DNA of 64,000 bases from Clostridia bacterium (lineage in GTDB: Bacteria > Bacillota > Clostridia > CAKSNL01 > HGM11501), in the NCBI GenBank assembly GCA_045545475.1, contig JAZQAZ010000041.1, positions 32,001-96,000 of the forward strand. Direction: 5' to 3'. The number at the start of each line of letters is the position of its first letter. The first letter of the stretch is position 1. This document shows positions 1-10,747 of this stretch, in pieces. The translations under genes and the position numbers were made by a program. The notes beneath the pieces are model-generated. The model saw only the letters and a program-made list of their open reading frames with translations. It searched no databases and had not been told where the DNA came from.

Positions 1-2139
1 AAATATACCGTCACTTTGGGCTACAACATTTTGGTCAACGGCGACTTTTCCTCTTCTCCCGAAGGAAGCGGATGGGATAAAAGAAATTCATCCCATTTTA
101 CTCTGAAAAATTCAGTCCTTACCTTTGACCTTAACGAATCTGGAAGTGCCACCTATCTCCTTATGCAGGAAGATAAAATTTTTCTTGAAACCGAAACTCT
201 TTACGAATGTTCTTTCGAAATAAGAACTTTCACAACAGATAAACCCTACGAAGAACCCGAAATTTATTCAGAAACAATCGGTGAGTCTGCAGTTGTATAT
301 CTTACAAATCCGCACTATCCCGAATGGACCACATTAAAAACGCCTTTAAGGGTTTCTGAAAACGGTGATTTCATTTTCACGTTAGCTATTACTCCTGAAG
401 ATTCTCCCATTCACGTTTCTTTAAGAAACGTATGCTTAAAAAAAGCGGTCTCCCATCCCACATCTCTGGAACTTTATATCCCGCAGGCATTCAGCGTTCC
501 CAAGACAGAATTTATAACAGCTCCTCTTGACATATATGTCCTTGACCAGGAAGGAAATGTCACTGTCGCAGAAATTCTTTACGAATCTCTTTCCGCATCA
601 GAATTTGTAACTGTTGAAGATGAGACCATAACCATAACAAATTCCGCCCTTCCCGGAGAATATCAGTTCAAAGCATACCTTAAAAGGTATCCTGAAATCA
701 GCGAAATTTTCACCATCAGAATTACCGACTCCGGCATAGATAACGGAAACTTCGAATCCGACCAGAGTGAAGAATCCTGGATTGCTTCAGGCAACGGCGA
801 ATATTCCATAATAAAAGATAACAGCAATTCCTACGCAGCTTTTGCTCCAGGCAGTGACGTGGGCGTTATGTATAATAATGCATATGTTTCATTCAAAGCA
901 CAGCAAAGCTACGTATTCAAGGCCGATTTAAGAACAAAATATTCAGACTTAGACGTGTTTGTTACTTTTATTATAGAAGATAAGGATAACCCCGAAAATT
1001 TAATTCTATGTGCATATTTTGAACCTGATACCGCATGGAATTCATATAAGGCCGTATTCACTCCCGAATATGATATCAACGGTCGCTTTATTGTTGCCAC
1101 TAACATCCCCGGCGGAAGCGACGAGCAGGTTTTATATCTTGATGATATTGAAGTTGTATCTGCCATAATTGCCGCAGAACGCGTAAAAATCAAAGGGACT
1201 CCTTCCCGTGGAAATACCCTTACAGGCTCCTTTGAATTCATAAACAACTTTGACGGAGAAAGTGCCAGCATCACAAACTGGGCATTGGCTCCTTCTGCTG
1301 ACGGTCCGTATACAACACTGAGCTATTCAAATATATCGGAAATTGAAGTCACGGAAGATATGGAAGGAAGTTACCTTCGTTTTGAAGTTACCCCCATTTC
1401 CTTAACCGCCGGAATCTTTGGTGAAACCGTATATTCAAAGCCTGTCAAAATCCAGAAAAAACGTCCAAACGTGACATACGAGGATCCGGATGACGAAGAA
1501 AATACCGGAATTCACGACGAAGAAAAAAAGCCACGCAAGGATTCCCCTGAATATATCTCTCCGGTTAAAATCCCGGATGAGCCAATAACTGAACATTATT
1601 TCACTGACATGCATGGCCATTGGGCAGAAGACTCTGCCCATATACTTGCCTCTGCCGGTGTGGTAGAAGGTTATTCCACAGGCTCCTTTGCTCCCGATAA
1701 GCTGGTTACAAGGGCAGAGTTTTGCGCATTCCTTATGCGAAGTCTCGGTCTTGAAGAAGGAATTTATTCGGGTCGTTTTTCAGACGTATCTCCTCAGTCC
1801 TGGTACGCCGGAATAATACAGACAATATATAACTGTTCACTCATAACAGGCATAAGCGAAAACGAATTTGCTCCCAACGCTCCCATAACGAGGGAGCAGA
1901 TTGTCACCATACTGATGCGTGCCTATAACCTTATTAAGACAGACTCTTCTGTTGTGGCATCCACTCTTCCTTATACCGACAGTGGAGAAATTTCCCCCTA
2001 CGCTTTAACAAGCGTAACCAAGGCATATTCTCTTGGACTATTAGAAAATTCAGATGGACTTTTACGTCCACTTGATCCTGCCACGAGAGCTGAGACAATA
2101 ACTCTTTTGACAGAATTTTTATCTCTTATTGGTACTTGA
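1..2139 (+). CDS. S-layer homology (SLH) domain surface protein with CBM4/9-like and Ig-like domains (5' end outside window)
   Basis: Frame is open from base 1 (KYTVTLGYN...). Three C-terminal SLH repeats (FTDMHGHWA...TRAEF; FSDVSPQSWY...TREQI; YTDSGEISPYA...TRAET). Two NGxFE/NGDF-start galactose-binding-like domains. Confidence 0.8.
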   Translation, partial: KYTVTLGYNILVNGDFSSSPEGSGWDKRNSSHFTLKNSVLTFDLNESGSATYLLMQEDKIFLETETLYECSFEIRTFTTDKPYEEPEIYSETIGESAVVYLTNPHYPEWTTLKTPLRVSENGDFIFTLAITPEDSPIHVSLRNVCLKKAVSHPTSLELYIPQAFSVPKTEFITAPLDIYVLDQEGNVTVAEILYESLSASEFVTVEDETITITNSALPGEYQFKAYLKRYPEISEIFTIRITDSGIDNGNFESDQSEESWIASGNGEYSIIKDNSNSYAAFAPGSDVGVMYNNAYVSFKAQQSYVFKADLRTKYSDLDVFVTFIIEDKDNPENLILCAYFEPDTAWNSYKAVFTPEYDINGRFIVATNIPGGSDEQVLYLDDIEVVSAIIAAERVKIKGTPSRGNTLTGSFEFINNFDGESASITNWALAPSADGPYTTLSYSNISEIEVTEDMEGSYLRFEVTPISLTAGIFGETVYSKPVKIQKKRPNVTYEDPDDEENTGIHDEEKKPRKDSPEYISPVKIPDEPITEHYFTDMHGHWAEDSAHILASAGVVEGYSTGSFAPDKLVTRAEFCAFLMRSLGLEEGIYSGRFSDVSPQSWYAGIIQTIYNCSLITGISENEFAPNAPITREQIVTILMRAYNLIKTDSSVVASTLPYTDSGEISPYALTSVTKAYSLGLLENSDGLLRPLDPATRAETITLLTEFLSLIGT

Positions 2140-2164
2140 CAAAAAGTATTCCGAGTGCTATAAT
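2136..2164 (+). promoter_or_regulatory. sigmaA promoter of the thrS leader
   Basis: TTGACA (2136-2141, overlapping the upstream stop codon), 17 bp spacer, TG-n-TATAAT (2156-2164): perfect consensus. Confidence 0.85.
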
Positions 2165-2180
2165 AACCAATGAATTAAAT

Positions 2181-2395
2181 AAAAAGCGATGAAGGAAAGA
2201 GTAGTAAATTTAAGTTTGTTCAGAGAGAGAAACAAATGGCTGTGAGTTTCTTACAAGCACTTTTATGAAAACCGCTCCAGAGCTGCTTTGCCGAAAATAA
2301 GTAAGCATTGCCGTAGCCTTTCGTTAAAGGAAATCAAGTTAAAACCAAGGTGGAACCGTGTATTATGCACCCTTGAATTTCAAGGGTGCTTTTTA
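2181..2395 (+). promoter_or_regulatory. T-box riboswitch (Thr)
   Basis: AGTA and AGAGA/GGCTGTGA stem I motifs; GAAA-ACC specifier (Thr codon ACC, 2271-2273); T-box AAGGTGGAACCGTG (2347-2360); terminator GCACCCTTGA/TCAAGGGTGC plus T-tract; lies directly upstream of thrS. Confidence 0.93.
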
Positions 2396-2424
2396 TTTTG
2401 TAATTAATTGAAAGGATTGATAAT

Positions 2425-4203
2425 ATGTCAGAAGAATTAAACGTACAGGTATCAGCGGAGGAAGAGCTTAAGACTCTCCGCCACTCTGCATCCCACATTA
2501 TGGCACAGGCTGTAAAGAGACTTTTCCCGAATGTTAAGCTTGCAATAGGCCCCGCCATTGATACAGGCTTTTACTATGACTTTGATACCGAAACCCCCTT
2601 CTCTCCCGAAGACCTTGAAAAGATTGAAGCGGAGATGAAGAAGATTGCAAAGGAAAACTTAAAGATTGAACGCTTTGAGCTTTCCAGAGCCGAAGCACTT
2701 GAGCTTATGAAGGACGAGCCATATAAGACCGAGCTTATCAACGAGCTCCCCGAAGGCGAAGTAATTTCCTTCTACAAACAGGGCGAATTTACAGACCTTT
2801 GTGCAGGTCCTCACGTTAACTATACATCTAAGGTAAAGGCATTTAAGTTGCTTTCTGCAACCGGTGCTTACTGGAGAGGAAGCGAAAAGAACAAGATGCT
2901 CACCCGTATCTACGGTGTTGCATATAAGACAAAGGATGAGCTTGAAGCAGACCTTGCTCAGAGAGAAGAAGCTAAAAAGAGAGACCATAATAAGCTTGGC
3001 CGTGAGCTTGAATTTTTCACAACAAGCGACCTTATCGGTCAGGGTCTTCCCATCCTTCTTCCCAAGGGTGCAAGAGTAATTCAGCTTCTTCAGCGTTTCG
3101 TTGAGGATACAGAGCAGTCTAAAGGCTGGCTCCTTACAAAAACTCCCTATATGGCAAAGAGCGATCTTTATAAGGTATCCGGTCACTGGGATCACTATCT
3201 TGACGGTATGTTCGTTTTAGGCGATCCCGAAAGCGACAAGGAAGTTTTCGCACTCCGTCCCATGACTTGTCCTTTCCAGTATCAGGCATATCTTAACAGA
3301 GCACGTTCCTACCGAGATCTTCCCTTAAGATACAACGAAACCTCCACCCTCTTTAGAAACGAAGCATCCGGAGAAATGCACGGTCTTATCAGAGTTCGTC
3401 AGTTCACAATTTCCGAAGGTCACTTGATGTGTACTCCCGATCAGCTTGAAGAAGAATTCAAAAACTGCCTTGAGCTTGCAATTTATATGCTTAAGACTCT
3501 TGGTCTTTACGAAGATATTTCCTACCGTTTCTCACAGTGGGATCCTGCTGATAACGAAAAGTACATCGGAACAGCCGAAGACTGGGATGAAGCTCAGGGT
3601 ATGATGAAGAGAATTTTGGATCACCTCGAAATCCCCTACAAGGTTGGCATTGGCGAAGCTGCTTTCTACGGCCCCAAGCTTGACATTCAGATTAAGAACG
3701 TATTCGGTAAGGAAGATACACTCATCACCATCCAGATTGACCAGTTCTTAGCTTCCAAGTTCGGTATGGAATATGTTGATGCAGAAGGCAACAAGAAAAA
3801 CCCCTACATCATCCACCGCACATCCATCGGTTGCTATGAAAGAACACTTGCCCTTCTCATCGAGAAATATGCAGGTGCATTCCCCACATGGCTTGCACCC
3901 ACTCAGGTTAAGGTTATGTCCCTTTCCGAAAGACATGCTGACTATGTTTCAGATATCGCAAAGGAAATGGAAAAAGCAGGAATCAGAGTTGAGCTTGATA
4001 CAAGAAATGAAAAAATCGGTTACAAAATCAGAGAAGCTCAGCTTGAAAAGGTACCTTACATGGTTGTTTGCGGCGATAAGGATATCGAGGCAGGCACAAT
4101 CTCCGTAAGAAGCCGTAAGGGCGGCGAGCAGGAATCCATGACGCTCGACCAGTTTATCGCAAAGATTCAGAAGGAAGTAGCAGAAAAAACATTAAACATA
4201 TAA
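2425..4203 (+). CDS. thrS: Threonine--tRNA ligase
   Basis: HSASHIMAQA and DLCAGPH editing motifs, RPMTCP, GEAAFYGPK, IIHRT, anticodon-binding KIREAQ; Thr T-box upstream. Confidence 0.98.
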   Translation: MSEELNVQVSAEEELKTLRHSASHIMAQAVKRLFPNVKLAIGPAIDTGFYYDFDTETPFSPEDLEKIEAEMKKIAKENLKIERFELSRAEALELMKDEPYKTELINELPEGEVISFYKQGEFTDLCAGPHVNYTSKVKAFKLLSATGAYWRGSEKNKMLTRIYGVAYKTKDELEADLAQREEAKKRDHNKLGRELEFFTTSDLIGQGLPILLPKGARVIQLLQRFVEDTEQSKGWLLTKTPYMAKSDLYKVSGHWDHYLDGMFVLGDPESDKEVFALRPMTCPFQYQAYLNRARSYRDLPLRYNETSTLFRNEASGEMHGLIRVRQFTISEGHLMCTPDQLEEEFKNCLELAIYMLKTLGLYEDISYRFSQWDPADNEKYIGTAEDWDEAQGMMKRILDHLEIPYKVGIGEAAFYGPKLDIQIKNVFGKEDTLITIQIDQFLASKFGMEYVDAEGNKKNPYIIHRTSIGCYERTLALLIEKYAGAFPTWLAPTQVKVMSLSERHADYVSDIAKEMEKAGIRVELDTRNEKIGYKIREAQLEKVPYMVVCGDKDIEAGTISVRSRKGGEQESMTLDQFIAKIQKEVAEKTLNI

Positions 4204-4209
4204 AAAATC

Positions 4210-4245
4210 AAAAACGCCTTGAGCCAATGGCCCAAGGCGTTTTTT
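4210..4245. terminator. Bidirectional intrinsic terminator
   Basis: AAAACGCCTTG...CAAGGCGTTTT between convergent genes. Confidence 0.8.
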
Positions 4246-5486
4246 CATACCTCTTTCGTTTCAAAAGCCAGTTCTTTTTCTCTGTCGTTTTCAAGGAAAA
4301 GTGCTGTAGCTTTTTTATTTGTGCAAAGTATATTTCCGAATGTAACATTTTCAATTTCGCTCTTTTTAAGGTGTGTGTGGCAAAATCCGAATCCGACTCT
4401 TCCTTCTTCTCCGACTACAATGTTGCCGATATATGAATCCTTTAAGGTCTTGCACATTGAAACCGCATAAGTTCCGTTGCCGTATACGTTTTTAATGCTG
4501 ATATTGTAAATTTCGCCCATCACGGAGTGGCGTGTACTTACATAAGCATCAGCCGAATCCCCTATTCGCACATTGTACTGACTCTTGTATTCCTTCCGCC
4601 TGCGCATATCCGTAACGCCGTCAATGTCAATATTATAAATCTTATTGCCGTTTTCGTTTAAAAGTCTTACGTTTGAACAGATATAGCAATCCGTTGCCAC
4701 ATTTCTTATTTTAACGTCGTGAATATCCGTATCCTTTCCCGTTACAAGATAGCCTAGCCTTGTTTCAAAGCCGCCAAGTGCCGTTAATGCAACAGAATCA
4801 TCCTCAGTAAAACCCGTGATATTTTCAATCAGTATATTATTGCAACCCACACGAAGGTCAAGTCCGTCGGCATTTTTTATGTAAGTTTCCTTGTAATTTT
4901 TCGGAAGTTCATTTTCATAATGCACGCCGTTTTCGTCAATTCTCGAAAGGTCAGCGCAAAAATTTATATTTCTGAAAACCGAATCTCTTACACAGATGTT
5001 TGTTATTGCCCACCAGCGCTGTTTTTCGATGCGGATGTTTTCAACCGTAAGATTTCTCACATTTACCATTAAAATAACGGTGTTTTTCGATATGTGCGGA
5101 AGTCCGTTTTTAAGGCTTGTGGATTCGGAAAGTCCGTTGTAGTTACCACCGGATAAACAAGCATTTCCGATCCCTCTTATAGTAATATTCTTCTGTTCAT
5201 CTGCAAGGGTCCTTTCCCCTTCTTCTTTAACCTTTTCATTTGCAAACATATTGGCATATACCCCGTCAGCCAAAACCAAAAAGGCATTATCAATTATGAT
5301 TTCTATATCCGAAGGAAGATAGATGGTTTCTTCTATCACCCACTTATTTCCCCCTGTTCTTTCGTTAAGCTTTGGAATTAATACGGAGTTAACTCCTTCT
5401 TTCTTTGCTTTTTTTATAGCAAGAGTTATACTTTCAGAATCGTTTTCACCTAATGTTTCATTCGGTGTAATATACATAAAAGCCAC
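4245..5486 (-). CDS. Parallel beta-helix glycoside hydrolase, GH28-like, no signal peptide
   Basis: N-terminal DSESITLAI...VLIP pectate-lyase-3-type start; NADGLD and TEDDSVAL resemble the GH28 NTDG/GDD catalytic Asp motifs. Own promoter TTGACA-17-TAAACT at 5503-5531. Confidence 0.65.
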   Translation of the reverse strand: MAFMYITPNETLGENDSESITLAIKKAKKEGVNSVLIPKLNERTGGNKWVIEETIYLPSDIEIIIDNAFLVLADGVYANMFANEKVKEEGERTLADEQKNITIRGIGNACLSGGNYNGLSESTSLKNGLPHISKNTVILMVNVRNLTVENIRIEKQRWWAITNICVRDSVFRNINFCADLSRIDENGVHYENELPKNYKETYIKNADGLDLRVGCNNILIENITGFTEDDSVALTALGGFETRLGYLVTGKDTDIHDVKIRNVATDCYICSNVRLLNENGNKIYNIDIDGVTDMRRRKEYKSQYNVRIGDSADAYVSTRHSVMGEIYNISIKNVYGNGTYAVSMCKTLKDSYIGNIVVGEEGRVGFGFCHTHLKKSEIENVTFGNILCTNKKATALFLENDREKELAFETKEV

Positions 5487-5531
5487 ATCCTTTCACATTC
5501 CGAGTTTAGCATACATCCCTTTCCTTGTCAA

Positions 5532-5562
5532 TAAAAAAACCGCCGAAAACTTGCGGTTTTTA
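5532..5562 (-). terminator. Intrinsic terminator of module copy 1
   Basis: AAAAAACCGC...GCGGTTTTT hairpin with a long T-tract on the minus strand. Confidence 0.7.
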
Positions 5563-5565
5563 TCA

Positions 5566-7944
5566 TTATTTCGTTATCGTAATTTCTCTCGTTTCGCCGT
5601 TCCACTCTACATTGTAGCCGAGCTGTTCAGATACGAAGCGAAGCGGAATAAAGGTTCTCGAATCCTTGATTTCAGGAGCAACCCGAAGTGTATAACGGAC
5701 AGGTCCGTAAGTAGGATCATCCACATACACAAGATTGTTTCTGATCTGCATGGTTATATTCCCTGTTGCAGTTTTTATCGTTACAGTCTGATTGTAACCT
5801 TCCCACGAAATTTCCGCACCCATTTCCTCAAGGAGTCCTCTTAACGGAATAAGCGTGGAACTTGATGCCGGATCTATGAAAGGAGCTACATCCATTACCT
5901 TTGTCGTGGTTTCTCCATTTTTTTCCACTACAATTTCGTTAGAATCTATTTTAAGTTTGTAGCTTTCCTTTTTTGCAATCAGTTCATCTTCATAATCGTC
6001 CTTCGCCTGGAAAAAGTTGATATCAGAACAAGCAGCTCTTCCCGAATAGCCCGATAATATGTAGAATCTTATATATCTTGCAGTTACCCTATCGGTAAAC
6101 CTGTACATTCTTGTTTCAAGGCTGTTTTTATTGGTGTAATCGGAAAATACAAACTCCCAGTTTTTACCGTCAAGAGATGCTTCCACTTCGAAGTCGTGCC
6201 ATACTCCGTGAAAATCATCGGTCTGACGCGGTGTATAGGAAAATCCCACAAGTGTGTAGGTATCATTCATATCAATTGTATATGTCCAGGGAGCTTCCAC
6301 ACCGGTCTCTGTCTGCCAAAAGGTTTCATTTGATTTATCCAGTGCCGCTACGGCCTTGCCACCCCAGGTATCAAAATCAGTTTCAGCAGAAAATCTCGTT
6401 TTATCAACCAGATAGAGCTTATTTTTCTCTTCCAGATTGATAAACTCATCATAACTTATCATATCGAGATTTTTATCTTCCTCCATAAAATCAAGCTCTG
6501 CAACAGTTGCAACTCCACCCCTGGAGGATGTAATATTCATTCTTACCTTTCTGACCTTTATATTGCCGTAAAACTTAATATCAGCCCTGCTTTCACTTCC
6601 CGAAAACTCCAGGTCTCTTATTTTTTTAAACTCGCCATCCGCTGTATCAGATACCCAAAGTTCTGCTTCCGTAAATCTTCCTGATGGGCTGTCCTGACGA
6701 GGCAGATATGACAATCCCGAAATCACCACATCCTCCGGGAAGGTTATATCAAGAGTGTAAGGAGGTTCTTCCATCCATACAACAATAGCATCATTTGCGG
6801 TAAACTTAGAATGCCAGTAGGAGTTTTTATCGTCGTCTATGGCACGCTCCGGTCCCACAGATGATGAATTTGATTTTATTGTCCAGTTGTTTTTATCCTT
6901 TAATACAGGCTTTTTCTCTTCGGTAACCGCATTTTTGCTTCCCGGTGCAAAAACATCGATTTCTGCTGCTGTGCAAAAGTCGTCTACGGATTCTGTTATT
7001 ACTATTCTCAGTGCCTTATAAAAGCCTTCTTCAAGATATGCGTCCACAGTCTCCCTTGTTGCCGTAAGGTTATTAGGATATGCCTTTTCTCCTATTTTCT
7101 TGTAGTTTACGCCGTCAACGCTTCCGTAAAATTCTGCCCTTTTCCATATTCCTGCGCCGGAATTATCAATCGTAAGCTGACGCGGTACGTACCTTACTCC
7201 GCCAACATTTAAGGGTTCAGGGAACACAATATCGATTGTAAAAGGAGGCTTGTCCTGACCTGTTATTTCACCGTTTTCCACAGTATAGGCAGAATGCCAC
7301 AGCCACTTCATATCGTCATTAAAGGCGTTATATATACTGTCCTTTTCACTTAAGGTAGAGCTTGCAGTTACAACCCAGCCTTTGGAATCGTATATTTCAC
7401 CAATATCCGATGTCACGCCTTCCGTGCTTTTAAGTACCTCGATTTCTGCCGCGGTACAAAAGTCGCTTTCGGACTGTGTTATAATTATTTTTATTGCCTT
7501 GTATGTTCCGTTTTTCACGGGGATATCTGTGATTTTTCTTGTTGTAATTATATCATTGGGCATCGCAAAGCTTCCTATTTCAAAGAAATCAATGCCGTTG
7601 GTACTGCCTTCAACCTTACCCTTTTGCCATATTCCTGCCGCAGAATTTCCCTGATTTAACTGTCTTGGTGTATAGCGGATTCCGCCTACCTCAATTGCTT
7701 CGGGGAATACTATATCCACATAGAAAGGTGCCTTATCCTGACCGGTAATTTCCCCGTCTTTATCAGTATAGTCAGAATGCCAGAGGTAGTTTGCTTCTCC
7801 GTCAAAGGCATTTCTTATGGTTGAGTTCCCTTTTTCGCTTGATGCCTTAACAGTAAAATTTTTACTGTCGTAAACCTCGGATGCAAAAGAGGGTACCGCA
7901 AGCAAAGTAAACATAATTAAAAATGCTGTTATAAACTTTTTCAT
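5566..7944 (-). CDS. Secreted protein with 4 F5/8 type C (discoidin/CBM32-like) domains and C-terminal copper amine oxidase N-terminal (stalk) domain
   Basis: Signal peptide MKKFITAFL...SFA; four D-x(6)-W(H/Q)(S/T)...PRQ...AE(I/L)-type repeats; C-terminal TLIPLRGLLEEMGAEISW and RTFIPLRFVSEQLGYNVEW. Confidence 0.85.
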   Translation of the reverse strand: MKKFITAFLIMFTLLAVPSFASEVYDSKNFTVKASSEKGNSTIRNAFDGEANYLWHSDYTDKDGEITGQDKAPFYVDIVFPEAIEVGGIRYTPRQLNQGNSAAGIWQKGKVEGSTNGIDFFEIGSFAMPNDIITTRKITDIPVKNGTYKAIKIIITQSESDFCTAAEIEVLKSTEGVTSDIGEIYDSKGWVVTASSTLSEKDSIYNAFNDDMKWLWHSAYTVENGEITGQDKPPFTIDIVFPEPLNVGGVRYVPRQLTIDNSGAGIWKRAEFYGSVDGVNYKKIGEKAYPNNLTATRETVDAYLEEGFYKALRIVITESVDDFCTAAEIDVFAPGSKNAVTEEKKPVLKDKNNWTIKSNSSSVGPERAIDDDKNSYWHSKFTANDAIVVWMEEPPYTLDITFPEDVVISGLSYLPRQDSPSGRFTEAELWVSDTADGEFKKIRDLEFSGSESRADIKFYGNIKVRKVRMNITSSRGGVATVAELDFMEEDKNLDMISYDEFINLEEKNKLYLVDKTRFSAETDFDTWGGKAVAALDKSNETFWQTETGVEAPWTYTIDMNDTYTLVGFSYTPRQTDDFHGVWHDFEVEASLDGKNWEFVFSDYTNKNSLETRMYRFTDRVTARYIRFYILSGYSGRAACSDINFFQAKDDYEDELIAKKESYKLKIDSNEIVVEKNGETTTKVMDVAPFIDPASSSTLIPLRGLLEEMGAEISWEGYNQTVTIKTATGNITMQIRNNLVYVDDPTYGPVRYTLRVAPEIKDSRTFIPLRFVSEQLGYNVEWNGETREITITK

Positions 7945-7957
7945 TTTGTCGCCCTCC

Positions 7958-10675
7958 TTATCCTAAATGATATGCTACGCTCTTTGCCATAGCAACATCT
8001 GCTGTTTTACCTCTTCCGAGAAGGTATAATCCGCTATCAACCGTAATAGTCCAGTCAAAGCAATCGGAAAGATATGTAACGGGAACATAAACCATTCCGC
8101 CCTCTGCGATTGCAGGTGCCGTAAGAGTTCCGATAACTCCGTTTATTCTTACTTCATTGCTTCCGAGTGTTGTATAAGTCCATCTGTAATCGGTGATTTC
8201 ACGGTCAACAAGACGGAACGCCTTTACATATAAAAGATTTCTTGCAGCATCGTATTCAAGCTTTGATTCACCGTACATCATCTCAGCAATAGTGTCCATA
8301 GGAACATAAAGTGTTCCGTTTCTCTCAATGGGTGCAATTCTTATGTCAGGCTCGTAGACAAACACCTTTGCTCCGTCAACAATCATTTTAGTTTTTCCCG
8401 GAGCTAAAATTACGGTATCCGAAAGCGCCTTTCTTTCTTCCTCCGAAAGAGTTGTTTCGGGAATTTCTGTATATACATAATTGAATCTTCCCATAGGTGC
8501 ACTGTTTCCGTCTCTGTATACGTCAAGTATATTTCCGCTTGCGATTTCTCCTGCACCATCAACCCACTTAAATTCCATATCAATTGTTCCCGCAAGGTTT
8601 AAGTCATTTCTGGGTATTGCAACCTGAAGTACATTTCCTTTTACGGTATAATCAATATCCGAAACAGTATTCCATGTGCCGTTTTCCCATTTTTCAAGTT
8701 TTTTATCTGCTCGGTTAAAAGCAAAATCATAGCCTTCCCATCCTGTCGCTCTGTTACGGTCTATATTTATGTAAAGGTGAATAAATTCATTTGTACCCGT
8801 CTTTATAGCTTCCTCTGTCTTTACATAGAAGTAGAGATTTTCGCTGTCACGAGCCACCTTTGCACGGCTTATTGCATTGTTAAGAGTTGTTGTAATTTCT
8901 TTTCCGCCCACAAGTATTCCGTTACGTGCGCTTTGCGCCTTATCGTTTATAAATTCAGGAGTAACACTGTCCCAGGCAGATACATCGCCTGTTATATCAA
9001 TTGTCTTTTCGCTTCCTGCCACAGGCACCGGGCGCACACCTTTATATTTTCTTACAAAGTCGCAAAGGAGGTTGTAATAGTCATCCTTAAGCGCACCGTT
9101 TGATGGTTCCATATCACGGCTGTTTTCATCATCGAAGGTGTCAACGAAAGCATTTTCATAGTTTCCGTAAATCTTGTTACGGATTGCAGTCCATTCATTC
9201 CATCCGTCAATATAACAGAAGGCAGGGTCTGTATCTAAAATCTGTGCCGCCTGCTCACGCATAAAAATAGCGCTTCTTGCGTTGTTGGGGCTGTAATCTT
9301 CGCCGAAGACTTCAGAATATCCCCTTCCCTTTGTATCGGCATTTGACATAATTCCGACCTCGTTATATCCGTAGATATAGGAGTGGTTGATTGCTGTTCC
9401 GAGTGTCATAGCCTCAACTCTTCCATCAGCTCTGTCAGTTCTTCCCCAATGGTGGAGAGGATAGTTTTCAAGCCACTGCCACTGTGGATCCGGCACTTCA
9501 TCGCTGATGCCAAATTCACGGCTTCCGTTTGTTCGTATGTTTACATTGTCAAATATTTCCGTAAGCAAGGCTATAAGCTCGGGATCCTTCTCCTTTTTAG
9601 CCTCATGCATAACCGCGTCTCTTCCGGGAGAGCACACAAGCGGTTTTCCCTCCCACATAAACACAAGGTCGGAATAGGATTCATTTTTAATTACATTAAA
9701 GTAAAATGCCGAAAGAGAATCAAAGGCATACCTTGCATTGAATATGTAGCAGGAAACCTTCGGAGCATCAATCCCGTCCTCTCTTGCATCGTGAAATGCC
9801 GAAAGAAGAACATTCTGAGGACCGACAAAAGTCATATCATTATTGGTGTAATCAAGAAAAATTGCATCTATTCCTGCATTGGCAAGCCACTGGGCGTGAC
9901 GGCGATATACCCAGTATTCATAGGAGGAGTAATAGCCAAGAAGAGGCTCTGCCCAGTAATATACGCCATTTTTGTCCCAGGCTTCATGCTCATAATCGTC
10001 CTTTGAATCGGGATATTTCTTTATTATTTCAGCAGGAATATAGGGATTTACATTACTGCGCTCAAACCAGTTCCAGTACATAATCCCCGTAACGTGTTCG
10101 CCCTCTTTTACGGGACCTGCTTCTTCAAAGGAAGCAACTTTTCGTCCAAGGTCGTCTGTTGCCGCCCAGGTATCTGAATAGTTATCTATAATATTTTCAT
10201 CAGGCACAGGCAGAATTTCAGGAGTATAGCTTTCCTTATTGAAGGTAATGCTCTTTATTTTCACATAATTATCGTGAGCATAGGTTGAGGTTAAATAAAT
10301 ATCGTGTACACCTGATATTTCCTTAATGTTGGCTGTAAACTTACTTTTTTCGGCGTGGTTAACCAAAACATATCCTAAAATTTCTCCTTCGGGATCATCC
10401 GCCTTAACCTTTACGGCATCGCCGTTGGAACCATAGGGCAACAAACAGGACGCTTCAATTGTAACAGATTTTATCCCGGTCATATCAATGCCCTTAAAGC
10501 CTAAATATGCCTTATCTTCAATTACGACATAGCCGTCCTGAACAAAGCGTGCTGTTCCCCTGTCTTCTGCATCCGTTACATTTTTGGTAAGCCCTTCTGC
10601 ATTTATATTAAATGCAAAAAACGATGCTGTAAGACAAAGAATTGTGAGTAATGCAAGTATTTTTTTCATCGCCAT
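7958..10675 (-). CDS. Secreted GH99/GH71-like glycoside hydrolase with N-terminal CBM6-like and C-terminal degenerate stalk domain
   Basis: Signal peptide; FKGIDMTG...SGVHDIYL (CBM6-like); YWNW, EPLLGYY, HAQWLANAGID, GKPLV, GWNEW, RDMEP; C-terminal NGTLYVP/GGMVYVPV. Start placed at the ATG after GAGGGAAGG. Confidence 0.7.
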   Translation of the reverse strand: MAMKKILALLTILCLTASFFAFNINAEGLTKNVTDAEDRGTARFVQDGYVVIEDKAYLGFKGIDMTGIKSVTIEASCLLPYGSNGDAVKVKADDPEGEILGYVLVNHAEKSKFTANIKEISGVHDIYLTSTYAHDNYVKIKSITFNKESYTPEILPVPDENIIDNYSDTWAATDDLGRKVASFEEAGPVKEGEHVTGIMYWNWFERSNVNPYIPAEIIKKYPDSKDDYEHEAWDKNGVYYWAEPLLGYYSSYEYWVYRRHAQWLANAGIDAIFLDYTNNDMTFVGPQNVLLSAFHDAREDGIDAPKVSCYIFNARYAFDSLSAFYFNVIKNESYSDLVFMWEGKPLVCSPGRDAVMHEAKKEKDPELIALLTEIFDNVNIRTNGSREFGISDEVPDPQWQWLENYPLHHWGRTDRADGRVEAMTLGTAINHSYIYGYNEVGIMSNADTKGRGYSEVFGEDYSPNNARSAIFMREQAAQILDTDPAFCYIDGWNEWTAIRNKIYGNYENAFVDTFDDENSRDMEPSNGALKDDYYNLLCDFVRKYKGVRPVPVAGSEKTIDITGDVSAWDSVTPEFINDKAQSARNGILVGGKEITTTLNNAISRAKVARDSENLYFYVKTEEAIKTGTNEFIHLYINIDRNRATGWEGYDFAFNRADKKLEKWENGTWNTVSDIDYTVKGNVLQVAIPRNDLNLAGTIDMEFKWVDGAGEIASGNILDVYRDGNSAPMGRFNYVYTEIPETTLSEEERKALSDTVILAPGKTKMIVDGAKVFVYEPDIRIAPIERNGTLYVPMDTIAEMMYGESKLEYDAARNLLYVKAFRLVDREITDYRWTYTTLGSNEVRINGVIGTLTAPAIAEGGMVYVPVTYLSDCFDWTITVDSGLYLLGRGKTADVAMAKSVAYHLG

Positions 10676-10747
10676 AAAACATCCTTCCCTCATAGCTGTT
10701 TTATCACATCCGTGATATTATCACGGTGTTATATTATGTTTTTTTCA

